From NCBI GenBank assembly GCA_964230555.1, contig CAXRIX010000167.1, forward strand, positions 5,667 to 69,666: 64,000 nucleotides of DNA, in the 5' to 3' direction. Both the position numbers and the translations under genes were made by a program. This DNA is from Bdellovibrionales bacterium (GTDB taxonomy: Bacteria; Bdellovibrionota; Bdellovibrionia; Bdellovibrionales; JAGQZY01). Positions 1 to 7,974 of this stretch are shown here, piece after piece (position 1 is the first letter of the stretch; each line of letters opens with the position of its first letter). Under the pieces are notes generated by a model that saw only the letters and a list, made by a program, of their open reading frames with translations, was not told the DNA's origin and ran no database searches.

Positions 1-19
1 GTTTCCAGGGTCGAAAAGA

Positions 20-1432
20 GTGGAAGAGGTTCGTGACGATGTGAACACTTTTTACAAAAGACTGCTGTATAGGCGGAAGCCAAAATACGAAGCCGTGAAA
101 AGAGATTTTGAGCGCCAGTTGATGGAAGCACCGCCACAGCATATATTGTTCTGGGCCACAGAAGCCTACGAGCGTGGGTACCAAAGTTCCAGCTATAAGT
201 TGGCGGATAAAGCCGCCGACAAGTGGGAAGACACGGCTTACGCGGCTGATGCTCTTTTGATTGCAGGGCGCTCGGCTTATTACTTAAATAAACGTTCTGA
301 AGCGCGCAGCCATTTTAACACTTTAATAGAAAAGTTCAGCGGTCATCCGGCCAGTGACGAAGCTCAATATTTATTGGGGCTGCTCTACTACCGGGATAAA
401 GAATACAAAAAAGTCATCAATCTCTATGACTCATTCTTGATGAGCTCTGGTTCTGACAAGTGGGAATTGCAAGTACGCTATTGGCTTTGGCGGTCATTGC
501 GCAAGATCGAATCCAGTCGTGCCAGTGATATCGCGGAAACTATTTTTCGTATTTTTCCACTGACCTATTACGGTTTGATTGTTCGAATGGAAGAGAAAAA
601 AGGCTTGCAGAACCTGATTGGCAAAGGCGATGACCGAGGTCAGGCCGAGTACTGGTGGACGGCACATACCAAAAAACGTTGGAACCGGATAAAGAAATTG
701 ATTGAGCTGGGCTGGTTGGACCAAGCCGAAACCGAAATTGATTTCCTACCTGATCCGAAAACCGCTGGAGGCTTTTTAGTTCGTGCCCAACTTTGGCAAT
801 CGGGGGGACGTCCCAACCGTGCCATCGAAGACTTCGCGGCGGCCGTCGATTTAGAACCCAAGTATATCAACCGCACCGTTTTAGACGAAACATTTCCCAA
901 AAAGTACGAATCATTTGTTAAAGCGGCGCAAAAGGAATTTTCTATATCGAAAAATTTAATATGGTCCATTATGCGTCAGGAAAGTGCCTTCCGAGAAACC
1001 GCGGTCAGTCCCTCTAACGCCTACGGATTGATGCAAATGTTGGGAAGTACGGCCAAGGAAACGGCGCGCTGGCTGCGGGTAAAAAACTTTAAGGTGTCTG
1101 ATGACGTTTTTGATCCGAAAACTAATATTCGTTTCGGTACCCATTTTATCTCTCGCATGGTCGGGAAGTACAAAGGTGTGATTCCTTTGGCGGTGGCCTC
1201 CTATAATGTTGGACCGGGCAACCTGGACCGTTGGCTGCGCCATCGCTCTGATTTGAAGGATTGGGATAAAATTGGCCAAAGCCTTGATGATGACATTTGG
1301 ATGGACGAACTGCCGTGGGCCGAGACCAGTTTTTATGTCAAAGCTGTGATGCGAAATTTCCTTCTCTACAAAATCATCCACGACAAAGATGACAAATTGT
1401 CGTCACCACCTTGGGCTGAAGTGCTTCGCTAA
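20..1432 (+). CDS. Soluble lytic murein transglycosylase (Slt70-like; helical N-domain plus SLT/GH23 catalytic domain); 5' end probably cut by the window edge
   Basis: 470-aa ORF. It has the SLT catalytic motif MRQESAFRETAVSPSNAYGLMQM and AVASYNVGPGN. The frame stays open back to position 2, so the GTG at 20 may not be the true start. Confidence 0.85.
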   Translation: MEEVRDDVNTFYKRLLYRRKPKYEAVKRDFERQLMEAPPQHILFWATEAYERGYQSSSYKLADKAADKWEDTAYAADALLIAGRSAYYLNKRSEARSHFNTLIEKFSGHPASDEAQYLLGLLYYRDKEYKKVINLYDSFLMSSGSDKWELQVRYWLWRSLRKIESSRASDIAETIFRIFPLTYYGLIVRMEEKKGLQNLIGKGDDRGQAEYWWTAHTKKRWNRIKKLIELGWLDQAETEIDFLPDPKTAGGFLVRAQLWQSGGRPNRAIEDFAAAVDLEPKYINRTVLDETFPKKYESFVKAAQKEFSISKNLIWSIMRQESAFRETAVSPSNAYGLMQMLGSTAKETARWLRVKNFKVSDDVFDPKTNIRFGTHFISRMVGKYKGVIPLAVASYNVGPGNLDRWLRHRSDLKDWDKIGQSLDDDIWMDELPWAETSFYVKAVMRNFLLYKIIHDKDDKLSSPPWAEVLR

Positions 1433-1607
1433 CAGCCTAAAAGTTCTACAAAAAACCCCTAAAAGCCCCTCAGAGTGTATCAAAGCGGGGAGGGCCCGGG
1501 TTTTCAGTCGAGTTTTTTGACCAGTCGGAGACTCACTGTCTCCTTAGCTGGTTTCCATTGAAGGCTTGTGAGAAATTAGCTAAAATAAAGGGATATCGGA
1601 GGTTTCC

Positions 1608-2951
1608 ATGAGAAGACTGCTCCTTATTGGTTATTGTGCGTTTTGTGTTGGTTGTGCGTCGGCTCCTCGACAGGAAGATCCGGTGGTGATGCCAATGGCT
1701 CCAGGTGCTCCAGGAATGGCGCAAATGCATCAGCAGACTGAGCCAGCCCCTGCGAAAAAAGACCTCAATGACAATGAAACCGACATGCAGAACTTGCCCG
1801 AAGAAATGAATGAGCAAGTCACAATGTGGATCGAATACTTTCAGGGCCGCGGAAAGCCGCATATGCAAAAATATCTATCCCGTTCCTCGCGTTACATCCC
1901 TCGCATGAAAGAGATTTTGAAGTCCCATGGTCTGCCCGAAGATTTGGTTTATATTGCTTTGATTGAATCAGGATTCAATCCCCGGGCTCACTCGAGCGCT
2001 CGAGCTGTTGGGTATTGGCAGTTCATACGGGGCACCGGTCGGCGCTACGGTCTTGAGCAAAACTATTATGTCGATGAACGCCGTGATTTTGAGGAAGCCA
2101 CCGAAGCCGCTTCGATGTATTTGAAAGCGCTTTATAATCTATTTGGTTCCTGGTATCTGGCCATCGCCTCTTACAATGTTGGCGAAAACCGTATCAAGCG
2201 TATGGTCATGAAAAACTACACCCGGGATTTTTGGGAGCTGGCCGAGAAAAAACAATTGCCTCGTGAGACCACAAATTACGTTCCCAAATTTTTAGCGGCC
2301 CGCTTGATCGCCAAACATCCTCGCAAGTATGGCTTTGAAAATGTCGATTGGCGCGCCCCCCTGGATTACAAAACCATTAAGATCTCCAATAAAGGCGTGA
2401 ATTTAAAAAAGATGGCCAAACACCTGGGTATTCCGACTCAGGAACTTTATGACCTCAATCCGTCTTACAAGCGTGGGATTATTCCAAAACGTAAAAAAGA
2501 AACCAGTTTGCGAGTACCGTCACATATTGTCGATGATAAGGTGCAAGTGGCGCTTAGTAAAAGTTTGAGTAAGGTGACAATGTCAGTCGCGGCTGGTTCC
2601 GATGGAACCTATCGCATCCGTCGTGGCGATACCTTAAGTCATATCGCCCGTCGTTTTAAAACGTCCATTCGAGAAATCCGTATGGCCAATAACTTGCGCC
2701 GCCGAGCCGTTCTTTACCCAGGAAAGAAACTTATTATTCCCGGAAAACGGGCTGTGGCTCGTAGCAGTTCAAAGTCCAAACCGAGTCTCCAACAAGGTGA
2801 GCGTCATTACATCGTTCGCAGCGGAGACAATCTTTATACCATTGCTAAACGCTTTGGAGTCAGTCTTTCAAAAATCCAAAGACGCAACAGTTTAGGGCGT
2901 CGCAGTTTACTGAATATTGGTAAAATCTTAGTAATCCCAGCCGGCAAATAA
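1608..2951 (+). CDS. mltD: Membrane-bound lytic murein transglycosylase D-like lipoprotein (SLT domain plus two LysM domains)
   Basis: GGAGG RBS before the ATG and a lipobox-like signal (CVGCAS). SLT motifs are LIESGFNPRAHSSARAVGYWQF and AIASYNVGENRI. Two C-terminal LysM repeats are present (YRIRRGDTLSHIARRF..., YIVRSGDNLYTIAKRF...). Confidence 0.88.
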   Translation: MRRLLLIGYCAFCVGCASAPRQEDPVVMPMAPGAPGMAQMHQQTEPAPAKKDLNDNETDMQNLPEEMNEQVTMWIEYFQGRGKPHMQKYLSRSSRYIPRMKEILKSHGLPEDLVYIALIESGFNPRAHSSARAVGYWQFIRGTGRRYGLEQNYYVDERRDFEEATEAASMYLKALYNLFGSWYLAIASYNVGENRIKRMVMKNYTRDFWELAEKKQLPRETTNYVPKFLAARLIAKHPRKYGFENVDWRAPLDYKTIKISNKGVNLKKMAKHLGIPTQELYDLNPSYKRGIIPKRKKETSLRVPSHIVDDKVQVALSKSLSKVTMSVAAGSDGTYRIRRGDTLSHIARRFKTSIREIRMANNLRRRAVLYPGKKLIIPGKRAVARSSSKSKPSLQQGERHYIVRSGDNLYTIAKRFGVSLSKIQRRNSLGRRSLLNIGKILVIPAGK

Positions 2952-3123
2952 AAGCCCTTCTTTAGTCGAGGGTTAGCGTTGATTCCAATACAACGCTGAC
3001 TCGAAACTGACCATTTCAAAATCAGCCTCCAACCAAACCTTAAACTGCTTTTGCTACCATTAGAGCTGTTAAGGCCATCCGCTTCTGTTTACACAAACCC
3101 GGGTTTGGTCTTTGGAGGAAAGC

Positions 3124-4119
3124 ATGAGAATAATGATAGTGACTGATGCATGGAAACCGCAGGTCAATGGAGTGGTTCGAACACTCGATTCAACAAGCCA
3201 GCACCTTCGAAAAATGGGTCATCAGGTGGAACTTATTACCCCCCAAGGGTGCCGCTCAATGCCTTGTCCGACATATAGTGAAATCTCATTGGCCTTGTCA
3301 CCCAGTCGCTTGGTGAAAAATACAGTGGAACAGTTTCAACCCGAGGTCATTCATATTGCCACCGAGGGACCACTGGGGTGGTCGGCCCGTCGATTTTGTA
3401 AAAACCAAGATTTAAAGTTTACCACCTCCTTTCATACTCAGTTCCCGGAATATATTCATGCCCGCACCCGAATTCCCACCCATTGGACGTATCGAGTTTT
3501 ACGCCGTTTCCATTCACTGGCTCGGCAGGTGATGGTGACCACCTTCTCAATGGAAAAAAAACTACAAGCGGAAGGTTTTAAAAATCTAGCCAGTTGGTCA
3601 AGGGGAGTCGATACCCAACTTTTTCATCCCCATTCTCGTTCCTATATGGGAAGCAAGCCCAATTTACTATATGTCGGTCGGGTGGCAGTTGAAAAAAATC
3701 TTGAAGCCTTTTTAAGTATGGATATTGATGCCAGTAAAATTGTGGTTGGTGACGGTCCGCAATTGTCTTACCTTCGGGCCAAGTATCCAGACGTTTTGTT
3801 TGCGGGTGCTAAATTCGGTGAAGATCTTGTCCATTATTACTCGATGGCGGATGCCTTCGTATTTCCTTCGCGAACCGATACGTTTGGGCTTGTCATGCTG
3901 GAAGCTTTGGCTTGTGGAACACCCGTGGCGGCGTATCCGGTGGAGGGACCTATTGACGTCATTCAGTCCAGTGAAGTCGGTTGCCTCGATAAAGACTTAA
4001 AAAAAGCAACATTGATGGCGTTGCAAAAATCTCGAAAAAAATGTCGACAGTATGCCCTCAATTTCTCTTGGGAGAGGTGTACAAAACAGTTTTTCAACAA
4101 TCTTTTACCAGCGGGATAA
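3124..4119 (+). CDS. Glycosyltransferase, GT4 / group 1 family
   Basis: N-terminus MRIMIVTDAWKPQVNGVV and C-terminal motif FPSRTDTFGLVMLEALACGTPVAAYPVEGP. The ATG at 3124 follows a GGAGGA RBS; the ORF-track start at 3112 is a TTG. Confidence 0.85.
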   Translation: MRIMIVTDAWKPQVNGVVRTLDSTSQHLRKMGHQVELITPQGCRSMPCPTYSEISLALSPSRLVKNTVEQFQPEVIHIATEGPLGWSARRFCKNQDLKFTTSFHTQFPEYIHARTRIPTHWTYRVLRRFHSLARQVMVTTFSMEKKLQAEGFKNLASWSRGVDTQLFHPHSRSYMGSKPNLLYVGRVAVEKNLEAFLSMDIDASKIVVGDGPQLSYLRAKYPDVLFAGAKFGEDLVHYYSMADAFVFPSRTDTFGLVMLEALACGTPVAAYPVEGPIDVIQSSEVGCLDKDLKKATLMALQKSRKKCRQYALNFSWERCTKQFFNNLLPAG

Positions 4120-4180
4120 AGGAGAAGTATGCCAGGACGCTATGTTCTGAGTTGTAGAAGCCAATTGAAATGGAATCACA

Positions 4181-4939
4181 ATGTTTCTTTGTGATTTTCA
4201 CATGCATTCGGTAAACAGTGACGGACGTTTGAGTGTGGCTCAGTTGGTTGACTACTATGGTCAGCGAGGGTTCGGAGCGATCGCAGTCACCGATCATCTT
4301 TGTGAAACTCAGACTTTTCTTGGTCAATCGGCCCATTTTCTGCAAAAAACTGTTCTACGCAACCAATTCAGCCGCTACCTGAATGAGATTCAAATAGAAG
4401 CAGAGCGAGCGCGGCGCCTTTATAACATGTTGCTGATTCCAGGTATTGAGTTCACAAAAAATTCTTTTTCCCACAAAGACTCCGCCCATATTGTGGGTTT
4501 GGGTGTGAATGAGTTTATTGATCCTGATGACAGCGTCGATACAATTATTGAAAGAGTTCACCAGCAAGGGGGCTTGGCGATTGCGGCTCATCCGGTGTCG
4601 ACGCGAAAAATTGAACCTCAGACCTATCATCTTTGGTACAACCGTGATCGTCTATCAACGAAAATTGACGCTTGGGAGGTAGCCAGTGGTGCTCATATGT
4701 TTCCCGAAGTTTTTGAGAGTGGGCTGCCAATGATCGCAAACTCAGACTTGCATCATCCTCGGCAAATGAGTTCTTGGAAGACGGTCATGCAAGGGCCTCG
4801 GACTTGGGACAACGTCTACCAATCCATAAAACACCAAGATTTGAATTTCACCTATTTTGAGAATCCACAGGCTTGGCAACCAACGCCTATAGACAATCGG
4901 CTTATGTCTTCGTGGTCAGAGCTGTCGTTTAATTATTAG
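4181..4939 (+). CDS. PHP-domain metal-dependent phosphoesterase
   Basis: PHP motif I CDFHMHSVNSDG, followed by AVTDH, IPGIEFT and AAHP histidine/aspartate motifs. Confidence 0.75.
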   Translation: MFLCDFHMHSVNSDGRLSVAQLVDYYGQRGFGAIAVTDHLCETQTFLGQSAHFLQKTVLRNQFSRYLNEIQIEAERARRLYNMLLIPGIEFTKNSFSHKDSAHIVGLGVNEFIDPDDSVDTIIERVHQQGGLAIAAHPVSTRKIEPQTYHLWYNRDRLSTKIDAWEVASGAHMFPEVFESGLPMIANSDLHHPRQMSSWKTVMQGPRTWDNVYQSIKHQDLNFTYFENPQAWQPTPIDNRLMSSWSELSFNY

Positions 4940-5510
4940 ATTTCTTTTTCAATTTCTTTATTTTTTCAAGAGGTGTCATGGATTGAAGCTCTTTTTGTTT
5001 TCGTCTTTCAGCCATCATAGCCATATACTGCTTCATGTATTGATCATGAAGTTTGGCCAATTTGGGACAGACCTTTGCTTTCTGTCTGTTACAAAAGTTA
5101 TTCACGCCAAGGGCAAACTTGTTCCATTCAATTCTATTGAAAACAGGCTCTTTAAAATGCGCATCTGGAACCGGCTGAGCCCGACTGCTACAATACACAC
5201 TGGCCTTTTTGCCTTTTGGCACACAGTGGTTGTGAAAAAATAGGGCTTCGACACAAGTCGCAAGTTGTCTTTTTTGGCAGTTCGGCTTCGGATCTTCGTC
5301 AATAAGAACCTTATCCACCGACGGATCCTGGTAAACGCTAAACAGTTGACGAACCTTGCCGACATAAGTGGCCGCTTCTTTTGGTTTCATCTCAAACAGA
5401 GGTTGGTAAAGAAGTAAAAACGGTGTGTTGGAGTTTTTCAGCTTGTTACCCGTTTTCGCAAAACAGAGACTCAGTGTGAAAAAAAATAGTATGAATAAAA
5501 GTTTCTTCAT
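4929..5510 (-). CDS. Hypothetical secreted Cys-rich protein with a Lys-rich C-terminus
   Basis: 193-aa ORF with signal peptide MKKLLFILFFFTLSLCFA. I recognised no family. Its 3' end overlaps the PHP gene by 11 nt, convergently. Confidence 0.55.
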   Translation of the reverse strand: MKKLLFILFFFTLSLCFAKTGNKLKNSNTPFLLLYQPLFEMKPKEAATYVGKVRQLFSVYQDPSVDKVLIDEDPKPNCQKRQLATCVEALFFHNHCVPKGKKASVYCSSRAQPVPDAHFKEPVFNRIEWNKFALGVNNFCNRQKAKVCPKLAKLHDQYMKQYMAMMAERRKQKELQSMTPLEKIKKLKKKSNN

Positions 5511-5537
5511 GGTGCCCCGCTCTGCTGATCATGGAAT

Positions 5538-5597
5538 TCAAAAAAAAAGCCCGCCTTGGGGGGGGGTAGGCGGGCGAAAAATGGGCGTAATGTCCAT
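5538..5597 (-). CDS. Candidate 19-aa mini-ORF / leader peptide (MDITPIFRPPTPPQGGLFF)
   Basis: Minus strand reads cAGGAGGatattcATG: a consensus SD with a 6-nt spacer. The ORF reads through both arms of the terminator hairpin and stops (TGA) at the end of its U-tract. It is below the ORF-track size cutoff. Confidence 0.3.
   Translation of the reverse strand: MDITPIFRPPTPPQGGLFF
5540..5575 (-). terminator. Intrinsic terminator (GCCCGCC / GGCGGGC stem, C9 loop region, T9 tail on the minus strand)
   Basis: Plus strand reads aaaaaaaaGCCCGCCttgggggggggtaGGCGGGCg. The U-tract exists only for minus-strand transcription. Confidence 0.7.
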
Positions 5598-5844
5598 GAA
5601 TATCCTCCTGCCTAGGTTACCAAAAAAGGTCTCTTTCGTTTGGTAGCTGGCTGACATAGCATCCAATGCCTTAGTCCCTTTAGCTTTGCGTCTCCAGGTT
5701 TCCCTGGATTAGCCTTTGGCAAAGAAAGAACATCTCTGAACACCTTTAGTATAACAACACTCAGACTAAGGTCCTAAATTTTTTTTACCAAGCGTCTTAT
5801 CTTCAGTCGAAAAATGGCAATTTTTTTTCCAAATTTGAGACACG

Positions 5845-5875
5845 AAAAGGGCCTTTTTTTATTATTAAAAAGGCC
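5845..5875 (-). terminator. Intrinsic terminator downstream of the 5932..6279 gene
   Basis: GGCCTTTTT/AAAAAGGCC 9-bp stem with an 8-nt AT loop, followed on the minus strand by CTTTTCG. Confidence 0.5.
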
Positions 5876-5931
5876 GTAAATCGACTGTCACTGGTCGAAA
5901 ATAAGTCTCGATGAGAGTTATAAAATGTAAG

Positions 5932-6279
5932 TTATTCTAAATGGTTGTGAGATTTCTTGCGAATTTCTGTAAGAGCTATTTTGATCTCGGCCCTCAGCTT
6001 GGCTTGCTCAACAGAATTGGCCTTCGCCAGTTTTTTGAATTTTACAGTGATGTCTTTTTTCAGGTCAGCAACGTCGTTCATAGCGGCGAATTTTTCAGGA
6101 TCAAGTTCGTCATCCGACACTTGTTCGCGCCATTGGTAAAACGAATTCTCAATGTTTTTGATCTCTGCAAAGATTGTCTTTTGCCACTGAACATCTTGTA
6201 CCATGGCCTTGCTTGATGCTTCGGCCGGCAAAAGAAAAGCAAGAAGTGCCAAAGCGAGGAGGGTTGGAATGATTTTCAT
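5932..6279 (-). CDS. Hypothetical secreted alpha-helical protein
   Basis: The internal ATG at 6279 gives the signal peptide MKIIPTLLALALLAFLLPAEA. The ORF-track start at 6327 adds a non-signal extension. Confidence 0.55.
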   Translation of the reverse strand: MKIIPTLLALALLAFLLPAEASSKAMVQDVQWQKTIFAEIKNIENSFYQWREQVSDDELDPEKFAAMNDVADLKKDITVKFKKLAKANSVEQAKLRAEIKIALTEIRKKSHNHLE

Positions 6280-6330
6280 GGGGCGCTGGTGCTGCATTGA
6301 ATGCAGTCTACACCCAACATCAGACAAAGT

Positions 6331-6522
6331 TCAAATCTGTTTATCATGTGAGTTATCAAGCAGTCCTTGAAATAGGGAAACTGCGATCGCTATAAAAAAC
6401 AAACCTATGAAGGTATAAAATAAGAGCTGAGCGGCGCCGGCCGAGGCCACCACCAAACCTGAAAAGCCAAAGATTGCTGCGATCATGGAAAAAATAAAAA
6501 ATACGACGGCCAGTTTAAGCAT
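6331..6522 (-). CDS. UPF0391 / DUF1328 small membrane protein (YtjA-like)
   Basis: 63 aa with two hydrophobic helices and the family-typical MLKLAVVFFIFSMIAAIFGFSG. An AAAGGAGG RBS precedes the start. Confidence 0.75.
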   Translation of the reverse strand: MLKLAVVFFIFSMIAAIFGFSGLVVASAGAAQLLFYTFIGLFFIAIAVSLFQGLLDNSHDKQI

Positions 6523-6621
6523 AGTCTCCTCCTTTAAGACAATTCCTACTTGCGATGTTACCTTTGTCTTTTAGTTGACTCAAATTCATTAAAGTTAGAC
6601 GTTTACCTTAGAAATATCTAA

Positions 6622-7197
6622 TTGAATTCATTCCTAACCAAGGTGTTCGCTGTGAAGTTTTTGATTTTAGTCTTTTTTTTAAGCATTGGGTGCGCCACCC
6701 AATCGACCCAAAGGGAAAAAACATTGCATGAATCCGATATTGTTTTAACTGACGATTTACGGGCCCATCGCTATTCCAATATTTACTTTGCGGCTCAGCC
6801 TCAAAAAGACAATTGGTCAAAGTTAAAGAGCCAAGGATTTACCCATGTCATCAACTTACGGGACAGTGATGAGTATGATGAAAAAACCGAGCGGCAAACC
6901 CTTGCCAATCTGGACGTCGACTACACGCAGATTCCTATGTCGGCTCAGCAGCCATTAACCAAAGCTAAGGTGAAGGCGGTCACTCAGGCTGTTAAGGCGC
7001 ATCGTGCAAAGGGCAAAACTTTAGTTCACTGTTCGAGCGGAAATCGAGCCGCGCTTTGGGCGGGCGCCCATTTTTACCTCGATCATCAATATTCAAAAGA
7101 AAAGTCCATCGACCTTGCAAAAAAAATGGGAATGACTCATCCCAAGCTGGAAGAAAAGCTTTCTTCTTTTATTGATGCCAACCCAACAAAGGAATGA
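6622..7197 (+). CDS. DUF442-type (Cys-based phosphatase-like) lipoprotein
   Basis: Lipobox FFLSIGCATQ and active-site-like VHCSSGNRAALW. The start is ambiguous: TTG at 6622 or GTG at 6652. Confidence 0.6.
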   Translation: MNSFLTKVFAVKFLILVFFLSIGCATQSTQREKTLHESDIVLTDDLRAHRYSNIYFAAQPQKDNWSKLKSQGFTHVINLRDSDEYDEKTERQTLANLDVDYTQIPMSAQQPLTKAKVKAVTQAVKAHRAKGKTLVHCSSGNRAALWAGAHFYLDHQYSKEKSIDLAKKMGMTHPKLEEKLSSFIDANPTKE

Positions 7198-7311
7198 CCG
7201 TTTCTTTCCCAGCGTAACGATATGTTTAAAAAACTAAACAGGTTGGAGGGTGACATTCGCGGGAGCGAGACATAGCCTCGTGGGCTCAGAGTGTTAACCT
7301 AAGGAGAACGA

Positions 7312-7743
7312 ATGGAAATTAAAAAATTTGGCCACGCCATGTGGAAAGGTCCCATTAAAGAGGGTAAAGGTGTCATTTCAACAGAAAGCACGGCCTTGCA
7401 AGAGCAACCCTATGGCTTCAATACTCGCTTTGAAGATAAGGCGGGAACCAACCCAGAAGAGCTTATCGGTGCGGCTCATGCGGCCTGTTTCTCTATGGCT
7501 CTATCAAAAATTGTGGGTGAGGCGAATCTGTCTCCGGAAATGATTGACACGAAGGCGACAGTCACACTTGAAAAGAAAGGTGAGGGCTTTGAGATTTCAA
7601 TGGTCCATCTCGCCGTGAAAATGAACGTCCCTAACGCCGATCAGAGCAAGATGGAAGAGCTCGCTACCAAGGCTAAAGAGGGCTGCCCCGTTTCAAAGCT
7701 TTTTAACGCCAAAATTGAAATGGACGTACAAGCTGTCAACTAA
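7312..7743 (+). CDS. osmC: OsmC family peroxiredoxin
   Basis: 143 aa with an AAGGAG RBS. The two conserved Cys contexts are AAHAACFSMAL and EGCPVSKLF. Confidence 0.85.
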   Translation: MEIKKFGHAMWKGPIKEGKGVISTESTALQEQPYGFNTRFEDKAGTNPEELIGAAHAACFSMALSKIVGEANLSPEMIDTKATVTLEKKGEGFEISMVHLAVKMNVPNADQSKMEELATKAKEGCPVSKLFNAKIEMDVQAVN

Positions 7744-7766
7744 TCATTAGAATTGAATACCAGCGT

Positions 7767-7800
7767 CGCCGCTTCAGGCGGCGCCCCATTCCTTTGTTGT
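7767..7800 (+). terminator. Possible intrinsic terminator after osmC
   Basis: CGCCGC-ttcag-GCGGCG 6-bp GC stem followed by a moderately T-rich tail (ccattcctttgttgt). Confidence 0.35.
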
Positions 7801-7944
7801 CGCCGTCAAAGCAACGTTAAGGTTATTTTTTTTAAAATTCACGGGCATTTCAGTTACGGACCATTCAGTCATTCGTCATTTCTTGTAGAAATTCAGACAA
7901 TTTATTCATCTCCACTTCAAGCCTGAAAAACAAGGGCATCTTAT

Positions 7945-7966
7945 CCTTTCATTAAGTAATGAAAGG
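7945..7966. promoter_or_regulatory. Perfect 9-bp inverted repeat CCTTTCATT-aagt-AATGAAAGG, 8 nt upstream of the aldehyde dehydrogenase ATG
   Basis: Read directly from the sequence. The 3' arm contains the only SD-like AAAGG(A) for the gene. Confidence 0.35.
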
Positions 7967-7974
7967 ACCGTTTA

